A stretch of 64,000 nt of DNA from Eledone cirrhosa (GCA_964016885.1 OZ024756.1:37882001-37946000), one strand, 5' to 3'; shown: positions 13,058-25,567, numbered from the stretch's first letter. Program-made: numbers and translations. Notes: generated by a model from the letters alone, not told the origin.

Positions 13058-13391
13058 GGAGGCACATGGCTTAGTGGTTAGAGCATTGGGCTTGCAATCG
13101 AAAGGTTGTGAGTTCAATTCTCAGACCGGGTGATGTGTTGTTTCCTTGAGCAAGACACTTTATTTCACATTGCTCCAGTTTACTCAGCTGTAGAAATGAG
13201 ATGCTAGGGACTGGGGTCCATATCATTCCACTGCAAAGTGGTCCTGGAGGTGCCACGGCAAAAAAGCACCCAGCACTCACTGTAAATGAGGTTGGTGTTA
13301 GGAAGGGCATCCAGCTGTAGAAATCAAGCCATAATCAGTTCCCGTCTTACCCTTGCAAGCAGGGAAAAAGCGGATGTATAAATGAAATGAA
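13058..13391 (+). mobile_element. Full-length tRNA-CORE SINE with RTE-derived tail
   Basis: A and B boxes, CORE-like CCTTGAGCAAGACACTT...CTCAGCTGTAGAAATGAG, tail CCCTTGCAAGCAGGGAAAAAGCGGATGTA. Confidence 0.85.
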
Positions 13392-13638
13392 ATATATATA
13401 TATAATTCACTCATATGTATGTGTGTGTATAAGAATAATATATAAATCTAATACACATATATGTATTATAAAAGATCAGAGGCCATATTCAGTTGATTCA
13501 GGTTTATTTAAAACATATTTCACTGAGTACCATCCATTATGATAGCCTGGGCTCTTCAGATAGCTAAACCTAAAAAATATTAAAAGTTCCCAAAAAACCT
13601 CTAAATTTGGAAAAATCCAATAATTTCTTTTCTTGATA

Positions 13639-13687
13639 CAGGGGCCGTCCGAATACGTGTTGTTGTTTCTTCAATGATCAGCCCCTG
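13639..13687. mobile_element. Possible 49-bp MITE remnant
   Basis: TA|CAGGGGC...GCCCCTG|TA short terminal inverted repeats with TA flanks. Confidence 0.3.
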
Positions 13688-14302
13688 TATGTATAATATG
13701 TGTCTAAGAATAGTATATATAACTTTGATAGGTTTGTCTTAGGCCATGTCTTAATGTATATGCGTCCATGTCTAAGTTTATCTCTAATTTTGAAATAAAA
13801 GATTAGTACTGGGGTCAATATGAAAGCTTAAAAAAATCTCTTCATGTTGGTGCTGCAGTTTAATGACTGAAACAAGTAAAAGAATTATTTTATCATCATG
13901 TGTATCTATGTAAATATTTCTGTCTCTCTGTCCATACCCCTAGTCATCATCATCTCTTTCCTCCAACACCCTGCTAGGGTGTTCATCTGATAACATGTGA
14001 TTTATAGAATTGAATATATTTTATTAAAATCTCTACCCACCCTGTAGAGTAATTTATCTATTTGTTGTTTTTTTTAAAATTGAATCTGTCTCTCTTTCAA
14101 CCTTTTGTATTTATTGTTGTTATGGTATAAGCATGGCCACTGCATTTGGTTGTGTTTCTTGGTGTCACACTTTATAACTTGTTTTACTCTGGACAATAAT
14201 GTTTAGCTTCTCGATCCATCGAGTGCTTTGTGATTGCCACAAACAACTTGAATAGTACCTGTTATATTGCAGCTACAACTTCGATTCATACCCAATATAT
14301 GT

Positions 14303-14535
14303 CTAGGGCGGGTAAAATTCCTGAGATCCATGGACGAGTTCTCTCCAGCGGTCTCTGTCCCTCATTATCGCTGCCATGTCCTGCATCTCCAACAGACCAG
14401 TGTCTGTCCTTAGGGCATCAACATATGTTAACCTCGGTCTTCCTCTTCCAATGTGTCCATGAAGGGGCTTCCACAGGAGCACTGAGTGGAATGTCAACTC
14501 GATGTCCAGCTAACCTCAGTCTCCTCTGTCACTTT
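14303..14535 (-). mobile_element. RTE-clade LINE 3' fragment (family R1)
   Basis: LLWKPLHGHIGRGRPRLTYVD...MRDRDRWRELV, typical RTE C-terminus; copies at 20902, 55960 and 56382. Confidence 0.85.
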
Positions 14536-15491
14536 CGAGCTGTATGTATATGCTGGTGCCATGACAAAAAGCACCCAGTTCACCCTGTAATAATAGTTGA
14601 TTGCTATACATAGCTGAAAGAATCGGGTAAATGTCACTAGAGACTGAAACAAGTGGATAGAGACACTCGCAGAGAATCAAACTCAGAACAATTTTTGTGA
14701 CTAATATTTTCCTAAGACTTGGTAATTTGTTCCTCCCTTGTCTTCCATACTTTTGCAACAGTAGCAGTATTAACCCTTTAGTATTTAAACTAGCTGAATC
14801 TGGTCAGAATTCTCCCTACCTCTTTCTGTTTAAACTGGCCAAAACCAGCCTCTCATACTTACGTTAAGGTATTGTTCTCAAAATAAAGAATATCAAAATC
14901 TCTAGATTTGATATTATGCGAGATATTTGTGAAGTAAAGCCTTTCCCAAGAAAATATAATAAATATAGAGTTTGAACCAACAATCAATTTTAAGATCAAC
15001 CCGGGTTTGACCAGGTTTCTTCCCAGGGAAGGATAGAATGTACTTTACTATTTCAGTTGCTTTCACTTCAAGATAAACATTAATAAGTAGAAATATGTAT
15101 CCAATTTTATATACTTCTTCACCCACTTATTCCTGAGAGGGCTGTGGAAGTCCTCAAACACATCTTCCAACAGGTCGTATCAGAAGCAACAGTCTTCAAC
15201 TGATCCGGCTGGAACTCCAAGCGTGAACAGTAAGCTCATGGAGGGATACATTTTATATACATTTAAAGGAAAAAAAAACAAAGCATTTTTAATAAGCATT
15301 AATGAAATCTACATTGGATTGTTTCAAAGATCTAATCTGGTGGAAGAAGGCGACAGATTATAGACACTTGCTGCAAAGAAAAACAAAAAAAAACAAAAAA
15401 CAGCAAAGTTAACCTTGGCAGGATTTGAACACAATGTGAGTAAGGTCACATATTTCGACAGGATGGTAGGTGGTGGTGGTGATATATATTT

Positions 15492-15602
15492 TAGGAAAAA
15501 GAGTCAGGGCCCGACGGCTGATCTCTGGCCGTTTCGACAGCTACTACCCTAAGTATTGAGTACTCTGATGCGTTATGGTTCAATTAGTATCCTACCACAC
15601 CC
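15492..15602. mobile_element. PLE-like end, family B, collapsed form
   Basis: Inverted arm joined directly to the tail at CTA; the opposite arm is missing. Confidence 0.55.
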
Positions 15603-15623
15603 TCTTTGTTTGTGTCTGTCTGC

Positions 15624-15660
<37 letters not shown>

Positions 15661-15684
15661 ATTAAAATCGCCACTGCTTCAAAA

Positions 15685-15908
15685 ATGGTTTGTGATTTAG
15701 GCACAAGAACAACAATTTGGGGGGAGGGGAAATCGATTAAATATAGACTCCAGTGCATTACTGGTACTTTATTTCATCGACCGACCCCGTAAAGATGAAA
15801 GGCAAAGCTAACCTCGGCGGGATTTGAACTCAGAACGTAAAGGGACATAACTGATTACGATAACAAGGTCTTTTGTCTGGCGTTTTAACGATTCTGTTCA
15901 TCCACCGT
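15685..15908 (-). mobile_element. S1 SINE
   Basis: Same B box, core and tail as other S1 copies. Confidence 0.8.
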
Positions 15909-16142
15909 TCAATGTGAATATGGTGTCGTCTGCTACCAGACGCGAACTGTGTATCATCTTTCTTATAAAATGTCTGCCACGTTGCAAAATACAAATACAC
16001 CAATAGTAAAAATAATAATAATGATAATAAAATAAATAAATTATATATAAATACAAAAAGAAAAAAAGAAACAAACAAGACTTTTTTTAATCATATTTGC
16101 TGTCAATGAAATATATTATTAAAACCTGCCCAGTAATATATA

Positions 16143-16175
<33 letters not shown>

Positions 16176-16675
16176 GGGTTAATACATATACATGTGGGTT
16201 AATACCTCACTCTAGTCAACAGGTTTGTTTAAATATACATCAATAGATAAAACTATTTCTTTGATGGTAACAGTTTTGTTGCAATGAACAGATAGATTCT
16301 TCTTAACTTTGCTTTAGAAACTGAAGGGTTAAAATTACATTAAATATGTTGTCCGAAACAAATATTATATATATACATGTATATGTATATGTGTGTGTGT
16401 GTGTGAAAAATATAAATATATTTTCAAAGTGTGTATATATAACCCTCCCCCTTCCTTATAGCTATCGAATCAAATAAATTATTCCTTTTGTATTTTTCGT
16501 ATATATATATAAATGTATATATGTATATATATTTTTTTTCCATCTTCTTTGGCTTGGATTCTTAACTGACGGATAAAAACGACCTTTTTGTTTGTTTTGC
16601 GTTTTATGCTGTAGTTTTTTTTTTTCTTTTCATTTTCGTGTTGGTGTTGCTCTTCTTTTTAGGCTTTCTTCTATT

Positions 16676-17035
16676 TTAACAAGATTCATCATCAGATAAT
16701 GACACGGAGTCATTTGAAATACCGCTCCAGTCTGCTAGTTCTTCTGGCTGGAGGTGATATTTTAGTGTGACATCTTTCGATAATGATAAAAGTCTTTCAG
16801 AAGCACAGCTATCCGCCCCTTCTAACCAGTCTGGTCGCTCATTCGGAAAAATATTTGAGGTTGACTCTATCGATTTTAGACTGTCTTCTCTTCCAATTGT
16901 TTGCAAAGAAAATTTATATTCAAGATTACTTGTGCTGTTATTAGAGTCAATATCAAATGTACCGTTTTCAGTTGGCGAAATTAACTCGCAAGAAAAGAAC
17001 CGTAAAACTCTTTTCCAAACTTGGCTATTCGACAT
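16676..17035 (-). CDS. Hypothetical 119-aa Ser/acidic-rich protein
   Basis: Non-repetitive ATG-to-TAA ORF in a unique island, A at -3, in-frame stop just upstream; no family recognised. Confidence 0.45.
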   Translation of the reverse strand: MSNSQVWKRVLRFFSCELISPTENGTFDIDSNNSTSNLEYKFSLQTIGREDSLKSIESTSNIFPNERPDWLEGADSCASERLLSLSKDVTLKYHLQPEELADWSGISNDSVSLSDDESC

Positions 17036-17446
17036 CGTTTATTTTGACCTTTTGTCGAATGGGTTAGTTTCTGCTGCGCTTCGGCTGTTTTGTTGATGTG
17101 ACCGAATTTAGTTTGATATGTTAAGCATTCGTATGTGGGTTTTTTTGAATACAATGTTCTCGAACGTTAAATTATCAATGCAGTTCGTTCCAAGTGTCTT
17201 TAACTAAGGAACGCAACGAAATATTATCCTATAAGATTATGACATCATACACGTAACACAATAAAAATGTACTTTTCTTTTGAGACGATTCCACGTTGTC
17301 TTGTGGGTTACACACGTTTTACGCTTTCCTTCTTCTTTTTCTTTCTTTCCTTCTTTCTATTTGATTTATTATTTTTCTTATTCAGCTTCTTTTTACCTTC
17401 AATGGTACAGAAACATTTATTTACAATAGTTTATAACTTTGCCTAT

Positions 17447-17680
17447 TAATCGTATGGTGAGCAAATGGGGTCCCAAGTGCTGGCCTCCCCACAGCCCCGG
17501 CGGAGGGTGGTAATGGAGATGCGCTGGAAGAGCCATTCCAACTCGCGAGGCTCACACCTGCGGCTGGCTAGCTCAGCGCCTATGGTGGTAAATAGGGAGG
17601 TAGCCCTAGGGCCAAGGACACCAGAAGTCTCCATTGCCAAGAGTACGACCGCGAACCTGTCGGAGAGTGACCGGTAATAC
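17447..17680 (-). mobile_element. CRE-clade LINE 3' fragment (restriction-like endonuclease end)
   Basis: YRSLSDRFAVVLLAMETSGVLGP...EPRELEWLFQRISI..RRG fits the ET.G..G...LxQRxS...RG pattern of CRE elements. Confidence 0.75.
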
Positions 17681-18000
17681 TGTTATACTTGGGGAAGGTC
17701 ATGTTGTCTTAATATTGTTTCTACTTTTGACACAAGACCAGCAATTACCCCAGTGCATTACTGGTACTTTATTTATTCGACCCCGTAAGTATGAAGGCGC
17801 ATGGCTTACAGGTTAGAGCATTAGGCTTGCAATCGGAAGGTTGTGAGTTCGACCCCGTAAGGATAAGAAAATTATAACAATATCTGCTACAACACACCAG
17901 TTATATAATATCGTCTTTTTAAAATGTATCATGGATTACTTTACTGATTACAGACGACAGTGTAACACAGTAACTTCACGTTACACTCGCTGGATATATC

Positions 18001-18327
18001 ATCATCATCTTCATCATCATCATCATTTTACGTCCGCTTTTCCCTTCTTACAAGGGTGGGACGGGTCTTATTCAGCACAGCATCTCTCCACTTGTCACGG
18101 TCCTTCGTCATCTCCTCTGTGAGCTTCAGCAATCTGAGGTCTGCTCTCACCACCTCCGCCCATGTTTTTCGTGGTCTTCCTCTACTGCGTCTTCCTTCTA
18201 CTGGGATTTCTTGGCACTTCTTTACCCAGCGGTCATCCTCCATGCGCACCACATGTCCATACCATCGCAGTCTTCTCTCCCGCACACTACAACGAATCCC
18301 TCTTATACACAGTTTCTCTCTCAACTC

Positions 18328-18330
<3 letters not shown>
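18001..18330 (-). mobile_element. RTE-clade LINE 3' fragment (family R2) with (TGA)n tail
   Basis: RRLRWYGHVVRM...VEGRRSRGRPRKTW...DRDKWR motifs. Confidence 0.9.
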
Positions 18331-18367
<37 letters not shown>

Positions 18368-18600
18368 TAGGCACCCATCGGTTTTGCAAGGTGTGTTTAT
18401 GGAAGGGCCACAGACGACTATGCATGCCAGTCTCCCCTCTCCACGCCACCAATGTCCAAGGGGAAGACAATGGTCGATACAGCTTGGCACCAGTGGCGTC
18501 GGAACTCATTTCTACAGCTGAGTCAACTGGAGCAACAAGAAATAAATTGTTTGGCTCAAGAACTGCCCGGGATTCGAACTCATAACCTTACGATTCTTTC
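18368..18600 (-). mobile_element. S2 CORE-SINE
   Basis: Reverse-complement similarity to 11497-11818. Confidence 0.75.
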
Positions 18601-19904
18601 AATTGTTGAACCGATTCCTATACTACCTCGGCTCTCTTTCCCTCACACTCACTTACCCCCTCTCTCTCTCTCTGAACCACTCTATCTCTCTTTTTCTTTT
18701 ACTTTCACTCTCTCTCAACCATCTTCCCACTTTCTTTCTTTTTTCCACTCTCTCTCTCTCACTCTTTCCTCCTCTCTATGTCGATTGCCGTGTCGTCTGC
18801 TCCCCCTCTCCATAGGTGTCACGTGATAGTGTCTATCGTCTGTGCTAAATGGAACGCTGCGTTTCTTTGGACAATGCAATAATACTCTTACTCTTTCTCT
18901 CTCTTTCTACTACACTTTCACTCTCTCTTCCCCCCCCCCCCTCTACCACACACTCCCTCTCCATCCCCCTCTCTCGCTCTACCCCCTCTCTCGCTCTACC
19001 GTTCTCTCTCTCTCCCTACTCCTCTCTCTCTCTACCCACTCTATCCCTACTCCTCTTTCTCTCTCTGTCTTACGTGTTCCAAGGTACTTCGTCTATTCAG
19101 GTATTTGAAATTTGCATCATTTTTATTTTGTTTATATTTCTATGGTTGTTTTGTCAGTGAGGGCGAAAGATGGTTCTCACGACACTTTTCAGGGCCTCAG
19201 CTGAAATTAATTGGAAGGAGATGGGATGGCATTGTCAAAACCAAGGACTTAGCATCCTATAAGTTTATCAATGGAAACGTCTGGCGCCATGGGTCCCCCG
19301 AAACACCTCCCTACTCGCTGCTACTCTGACAGTGTTGGCCACCATACAGAAATTAGGTGCACGAGCTGGAATGTTTTGTTTTATTTTCTTTCAGCCCCTC
19401 TCACACTTGCTATTCTATGGCATAACACCTTTTTTTAAATTATTATTATTCATTTCTGTCCGCTGGGAACCTGTGGCTGCATACGCCTGGCCTGGGGTTC
19501 TACAGAGTCGCAGATACTGAGTAGACGAACAAGGGATCATAGTCATTGTGACCTATCTCATTGTTTGGTTCGTGTGCCATTGCTGGCATATATTTATATA
19601 TATATATGCATTGCTGGCATATATATATGCATACACGCATATATGTTTACCTACATGTAAACAATTTGATAAGTTAAGCCGTTAATTATTGTGTAACAAG
19701 GAGAACTACATTAAAGAGCGTTATCTTCTCTTGATTATAGAGTAAGTTCCCTTGCCATATTTCTCGTATTTTTTATTCTTTAAATAATATGATTTCGTTT
19801 ACGCACGAGGGGATTTAATAGCTTTATTTAATCAAATATAAATAAATAATATATTCCTAAATAAACACGGATAGCTGTAAAATAGTGGTAAATATTTGAC
19901 AACC

Positions 19905-20075
19905 AGGTATAGATGTGGGATTAAGGAAAAAAGTCCGCTCCCCTACCACATGGTTTTAGGTTCATTCCCACTTCGTGACGCTGTGGGTCCTACCTTTTTC
20001 TTCTATAGATTCGGGTTGACCAATGTCTTGTGAGTGGAATTTGGTAGATGGAAAACTATGTGGAATCCCATCGTT
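19905..20075 (+). mobile_element. Diverged tRNA-derived SINE, third family
   Basis: GGTTCATTCCCAC B-box-like motif, then TTGTGAGTGGAATTTGGTAGATGGAAAACT; recognised by resemblance only. Confidence 0.5.
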
Positions 20076-20664
20076 TTACACACACATACGCACACACACA
20101 CGTATGTGTGAGTTATTATGTTTACGTTTATTAATGTCTTGTAATCTAGCGGTTCGGAAAAGAAATATATGAGATCTATAAAATAAGTATTAAACTAAAG
20201 ACTAGAGTCCATATTATAGACTAAATCTCGTCAGTAGATTGGGCCCCCAAATTTCACTCATATCGGTGGGTGAGCTCACATATATCAGTTTGAAAATCGC
20301 TGCGATTACTGACAAGAAAAAAAAAAAAAGACTTACATAAATAAGGGGGACAACTTGAGCTTTATCTTTTGTTTTCCCCCCTTACACATCGAAAAATCGA
20401 CTATATCGATATTTTGTTATCGTTTGATTAATTAACCATTCCAATAACAAAAATTCTAGTAAGCCACTTTATTGACGAATGTAAATAAATTTATATTCCA
20501 AATCTATTGAAATCTTATTATTACACGAAAGATAATATATTTCAATAAATAAACGTATACACCATGTTTTCATATCGCTGGATTGGCTCCCTTTATATGC
20601 TTTCTAAGGTCTCATGACAGATGTCAACAATAATACGCCGCGTGTTTGTATTACCATTATAAGG

Positions 20665-20749
20665 GGTCTGACGAGCCGTGGACTACAGAGTCGGGCTAGA
20701 TTGATGCAGATCAAACCTTGAGCTGATCAGTGGCGAAACGCGCGTCACC
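20665..20749 (+). ncRNA. Minimal type I hammerhead ribozyme, family D
   Basis: GGT CTGACGA GCCG [long loop] TGGC GAAA CGCGCG TC ACC, then AATAAA at 20754. Confidence 0.85.
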
Positions 20750-20901
20750 AACCAATAAACGTAATGAAGGAGTAACCACTCGTCCTTGTTTTATTTTATT
20801 TTATTTTACTATAATACACTCTTGGCTAGCTCTACACCTCGACACAGAAGTGAACCTAAACATCGAGTAAGCATATATGTATGTATATATATATATATAT
20901 A

Positions 20902-21074
20902 TTTGGGAGCCCCTACATGGACACACTGGAAGTGGAAGACCAAGGTTAACGTATGTTGATGCCCTAAGGACAGACACTGGTTTGTTGGAGACGCAGGACA
21001 TGGCAGCGATAATGAGGGACAGAGACTGCTGGAGAGAACTCGTCCATGGATCTCGGGAATTTTACCCGCCCTAG
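20902..21074 (+). mobile_element. RTE family R1 3' fragment inside (TA)n
   Basis: WEPLHGHTGSGRPRLTYVD...FYPP-stop; TA repeats on both sides. Confidence 0.85.
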
Positions 21075-21940
21075 ATATATATATATATGTACATAATTGT
21101 TTCTATTTTAGGCACAAGGCCAGCAATTACCCGGTACATTACTGGTACTTTATTTTATATATATATATAATATATATATATATACAAAATGCTTTTGTTT
21201 TTGATAATGACTTTCACTGACTCACTCTCTCTGTACCGTTCTATCACTCTAACTCTTACTCTCAACTCCCCCTCCCACTATGTCTTTTTCACTCACTCTC
21301 ACTTCCTCTCCACGTCACACGCCGTGTCGTCTGCTAAATGTAACATCGCGCCTCTCTTGAAAAAGACAATAAAACTCTTACTTTCTCTCTCTCTTTACCT
21401 CCCCTCTCACTCACACACACACACACTCTCTCTCACACATACACTCTTTCTCTCCTTTTCTCTTTCTCCCTCTCTGACACCCCTCCCTCTTTCTCTCTCT
21501 CACAGACACACTCTCCCCCCTTTCTCTCTCACGTACACACTTTTTCCCTTTCTCTCCCCTATCTCTCTCTTACACTCTTCTCTTCCTCCTCTCTCCCCCT
21601 CACTCACACACACACTTTCTTTCCTCTCTCTCTCACACACACCCTTTCTCTCTCCCCCTCTCTCTCTCATACACACTCTTTCTCCCCCTCTCTCCCCTTG
21701 TCTCTCTCTCACAAACTCCATGATACTTCGTCTATTCAGGTATTTCGAATTTCAATCAATTTTGTTGATTTTTGTTTATTAAATATATATTTTCTGTTCT
21801 TATTTTTTGTGTTTTTTTTTTTAGTTTTTACCATTCCAGCTTCTGTGATCAGTTTTATGTAGACAGAGACTACATTCGATCTTAATATTTTCTTTTCAAA
21901 CAAAACAAATTCGTAAACTTTCGAAGTATATATATATATA

Positions 21941-22046
21941 GGTAGAACACTGGAAGGTAATATCCGTAGTGGTAGAGCACTCAGTCCATGGGACGAGTTA
22001 GGTAGAAGTAGTAACACAACAGTTAGTTCACCATACCGAGAACAAT
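21941..22046 (-). mobile_element. PLE-like end, family C, 5'-truncated
   Basis: Both halves match 32332-32453; begins at ATTGTTCTC, the 3' edge of the family C hammerhead. Confidence 0.6.
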
Positions 22047-24483
22047 ATATGTGTATGTCTATGTATATATGTGTGTTTCGAGATCAATTCCCTCCGAGGT
22101 CTATTTCGGTAGCAGTCTTAATCAGTCGTGCAGTTTAACACCAACTCTTGAGCCTTAGCTACCTTCAACGGTGTTCACCCTGTTGTTAATACATACATAC
22201 ATACATACATACATACATACATACATACATGATGATGATGGCTACCCCCTCGTTATCGAGTATGGCCATTGCACGATATAACATTATCAATAATTATCAA
22301 TTAATGCTATCGTGCAATGTCTGTGCGTGAAGATTTTTTTTTAAAGTGAGGAAAGACTGTGCACTGAGCCAATCCCACTCTCTGAGAGACAGTAGCCATA
22401 ACCCGAAAAGAAGAAAAGATCAACATCATCGGTAACTACTGAGCCCCAGGTTTTATGTCGGAGTTATCTCAGTTTCCTGAGTTGCCTTCTCCTAGAAGAA
22501 TGCCCTGACAAAGGGTAGGGTCCTTCACTCCCAGTGGTTTAACCGCGCGATCGGGTGTCCAGCCCGACTATTTCTATGTTCCTGCGCATATACACACACA
22601 TGCACCTATACATACATACATATATACACATCATACATACAACATACATACACACACATAATACACGCACATACACATACGTACACACATATACCGAAAT
22701 GTTTTGTCTCTTCAAGGTATCTGGAATTTCAGTCAATCTTTTAAAAATATATTTAGTGTTCTGTTTTATTTTACCATTCCAAGTCTTATGTAATCAGTCT
22801 TATAGCAGACATAAACTGCATTCGATCTTGATAGTTTCTTTTCAAACAAATCCGTAAACTTTCCACGTTCTGTTACATATCTAAAGTAACGCTATAAATG
22901 GAAGAGCATAGGGGAAGATGTGGGTTCGATTCCTGGGCTGGTCGGTGCGTTGTGTTCTTGAGGATGTATCTTCATTACACGTTGTTTTTTCATGATATGA
23001 CAAGGGCCCGAGCAGCCTCGTATGAGGCTAGTTAAAATCTGTATAAGTGTGATCTATAAATTTAATTTTTCATTTCACGACGATCAATTGAAATGTTGTA
23101 GCTGATTGTTTCTGATCGCTAAGGTAATGATGCGTAGCTTAGCTTTTGTGGTGTGGTGTGGTTTCCTTAAGCAAGACACTCCATTTCATGATGCTTCAGT
23201 AGACACAGCTGAAAATTAGCAGCAACAGTAACTGAGAAAAGGAGTTAACCTTGTGATGGACTGGCTCAGAAAATACCTTATTTCTAATGAAAGGAATCGG
23301 AAATAATTTTCAAATAATTTTTTAAATAATCAAGAGTTTGCAATGGTTTTAGTAATATAATTCACTTCCTCGTTATTAAGCTTGTTTGGTTCATAACTCC
23401 AAGGTTTTTACACGGAATTATGTTGGAATGTCTTTAGATAAATACAAGCACTTTAACCCTTTAATTACCATATTTCCATTAAAAGATATGACCGATGATT
23501 TTCAAATATATATATTTTAAATATACGATTTTGTATCATAGATCCAAGAATGGTTTCAAGCAGATTGGTATCAAAAGGATGACCTTGAAATATTTATGAG
23601 TACGAAAGAAAGGTGTGAAATATATTTAGGCCCTTAATACACTAACTCCCTTAACCAGAGTAAAGATAATAGATATATAGAATTACATTCCTAATATATA
23701 AGATAACACCAACAACAATAGTCAGCATTAGAATAACGATTCTATTACTCTGTTAATCTGTTACAACACAAAAAAGGTGAACGATTTGGTAGAGTCGTTA
23801 GAGTGGTGGATAACTGTTGTGGATTTCTATGTTCTGTGTTCAAATCCCGCCGAGGTCCGCTTTACCTGTCATCCTTTGTGTGTGGGGGAGGGGGGGGGGG
23901 GGTCGATAATGAAAGTAACCAGCAACACTCTTTCCATCTAGCTGTCACACTCTGGATATTCCGTTGAATCAAGGGTTTCTTATGGTGGTGGTAGGGATGA
24001 AGAGGGTGTTTCAATCTGCTCACGACTGTATAGGCATCTAAAACCCTTTGCGGAAACATTATACAGCTCATAGTAGTTGTGTTAGTAGTACAATGCATGC
24101 CATATATCATTAGAAGTTATTTTAGGATAATCTTGTAAAATAGATGACATGTACGCAGTTATCTCCCTTCCACCGAGTTTTATAAAAGAGGCGAATTGGC
24201 AAGAGTCGTTAGACTTTCTTCGTTAGAACTTATCTCTCTATATTCTGAGTTCAGATCCAATCGAGGTTGACTTTTCTCTTCAAACTTCCAAGGTCGAGAA
24301 TGTACCAGTACCGGCATCAATTCTTCCCATTCCCTCACTCTTTCCCAAGAAGAAATCACTCATGTTCAGTACTACAGAGGGACGGGCTTCGCTAGATATA
24401 AATGCGTACATCATCACGGTGCACCTACATGTTGACCAGGAATTCCAGATCCATGCTTGTATGTTTATATGAATCTGTGCACA

Positions 24484-24526
<43 letters not shown>

Positions 24527-24576
24527 GTCATTTATATATATATATGTATATATATAAGGATGGATTCAGTTTGAAA

Positions 24577-24858
24577 CTGGTTAGACCATTACTCAGCAGA
24601 GTACTCAATACTTGGGGTAGTAGAGTATGGTTATATTATAAAAAAAAAAGTCGGGAACCCGACGGCTGAGCTCTTGCCGTTGCTACTACTTAAAAATTTG
24701 GCCGGGGATATATTATCAAAATTTAATAAGAAGTGGGAGAAGGGTATGAGCGGGGATGTATGTGTGGAAAAAAACCCTGAAAAATTAATAAGCGAATAGG
24801 AGGGAGGAAGGGTGGGGGGGGGGGGGCGATTATCCAAGAGTATGTATGTGTGTGTGTG

Positions 24859-24889
<31 letters not shown>

Positions 24890-25006
24890 ATGTACTGTAC
24901 CCCTTGATAAGTTCAGCTAGGTCCCTGCCGTCCTAATACTGCTGGGTTAGTTTGGATCTAGCTGTCGAAACGGCCGGAGCTCAGCCGTCGGGACTCTGAC
25001 TATTTT

Positions 25007-25010
<4 letters not shown>
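24577..25010. mobile_element. PLE-like family B inverted pair with a degenerate long-stem-II hammerhead (24899-24994, +)
   Basis: CCC TTGATAAG tt CAGCTAGGTCC [29 nt] GGATCTAGCTG tc GAAA CGGC cggagctca GCCG TC GGGA; opposite-strand arm plus tail at 24577-24690. Confidence 0.6.
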
Positions 25011-25049
<39 letters not shown>

Positions 25050-25135
25050 AAATGGTAAACAGAAATAACAACACAATCGGTACAGTATATGGAAGGGATA
25101 TATTAGGTTAACGCTTGATATAGCAGGAAGAGGGT

Positions 25136-25169
25136 CTTAACGTTTCTGACGCTAGTCCTTCATCAGAAG
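25136..25169 (-). ncRNA. Ultra-minimal hammerhead motif, family E (element about 25058-25295)
   Basis: CTT CTGATGA AGGAC TAGC GTCA GAAA CG TT AAG on minus strand; second copy at 60664-60697. Confidence 0.6.
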
Positions 25170-25294
25170 AAAGAATGAGAAATAAAATAGATTAAGGGGA
25201 CGGGCGGGATGGAATTGGAAAAAAATGTCTTTAGATAAAAATAACAGGTCCATTCATGTTGACATCTCTTGCAAAACTGTTGGTGCTGGCGTTG

Positions 25295-25337
<43 letters not shown>

Positions 25338-25483
25338 GGAGGTGAGTTTTATTGTAGTACAATAAAGCAATGCAGATATCGGATAAGAAGCACTCTACAG
25401 TTTGTAGGACTGGAGTATACATAATATAAGATCAAAAGATGGTTAAAAGAGTTCCATGTATTTTATTATGCGCATTTTATTAT

Positions 25484-25543
<60 letters not shown>

Positions 25544-25567
25544 CATGTATGTATGTATCTAAATAAA

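Noticed and set aside
13058-13130. tRNA gene
   Set aside because: A and B boxes run straight into a CORE domain; it is a SINE head.
13510-13566. Minus-strand CTGAAGAG...GAAA
   Set aside because: Stem II and stem I pairing unconvincing.
16767-17096. Plus-strand 109-aa ORF
   Set aside because: GTG start, antisense shadow of the ATG-initiated minus-strand ORF.
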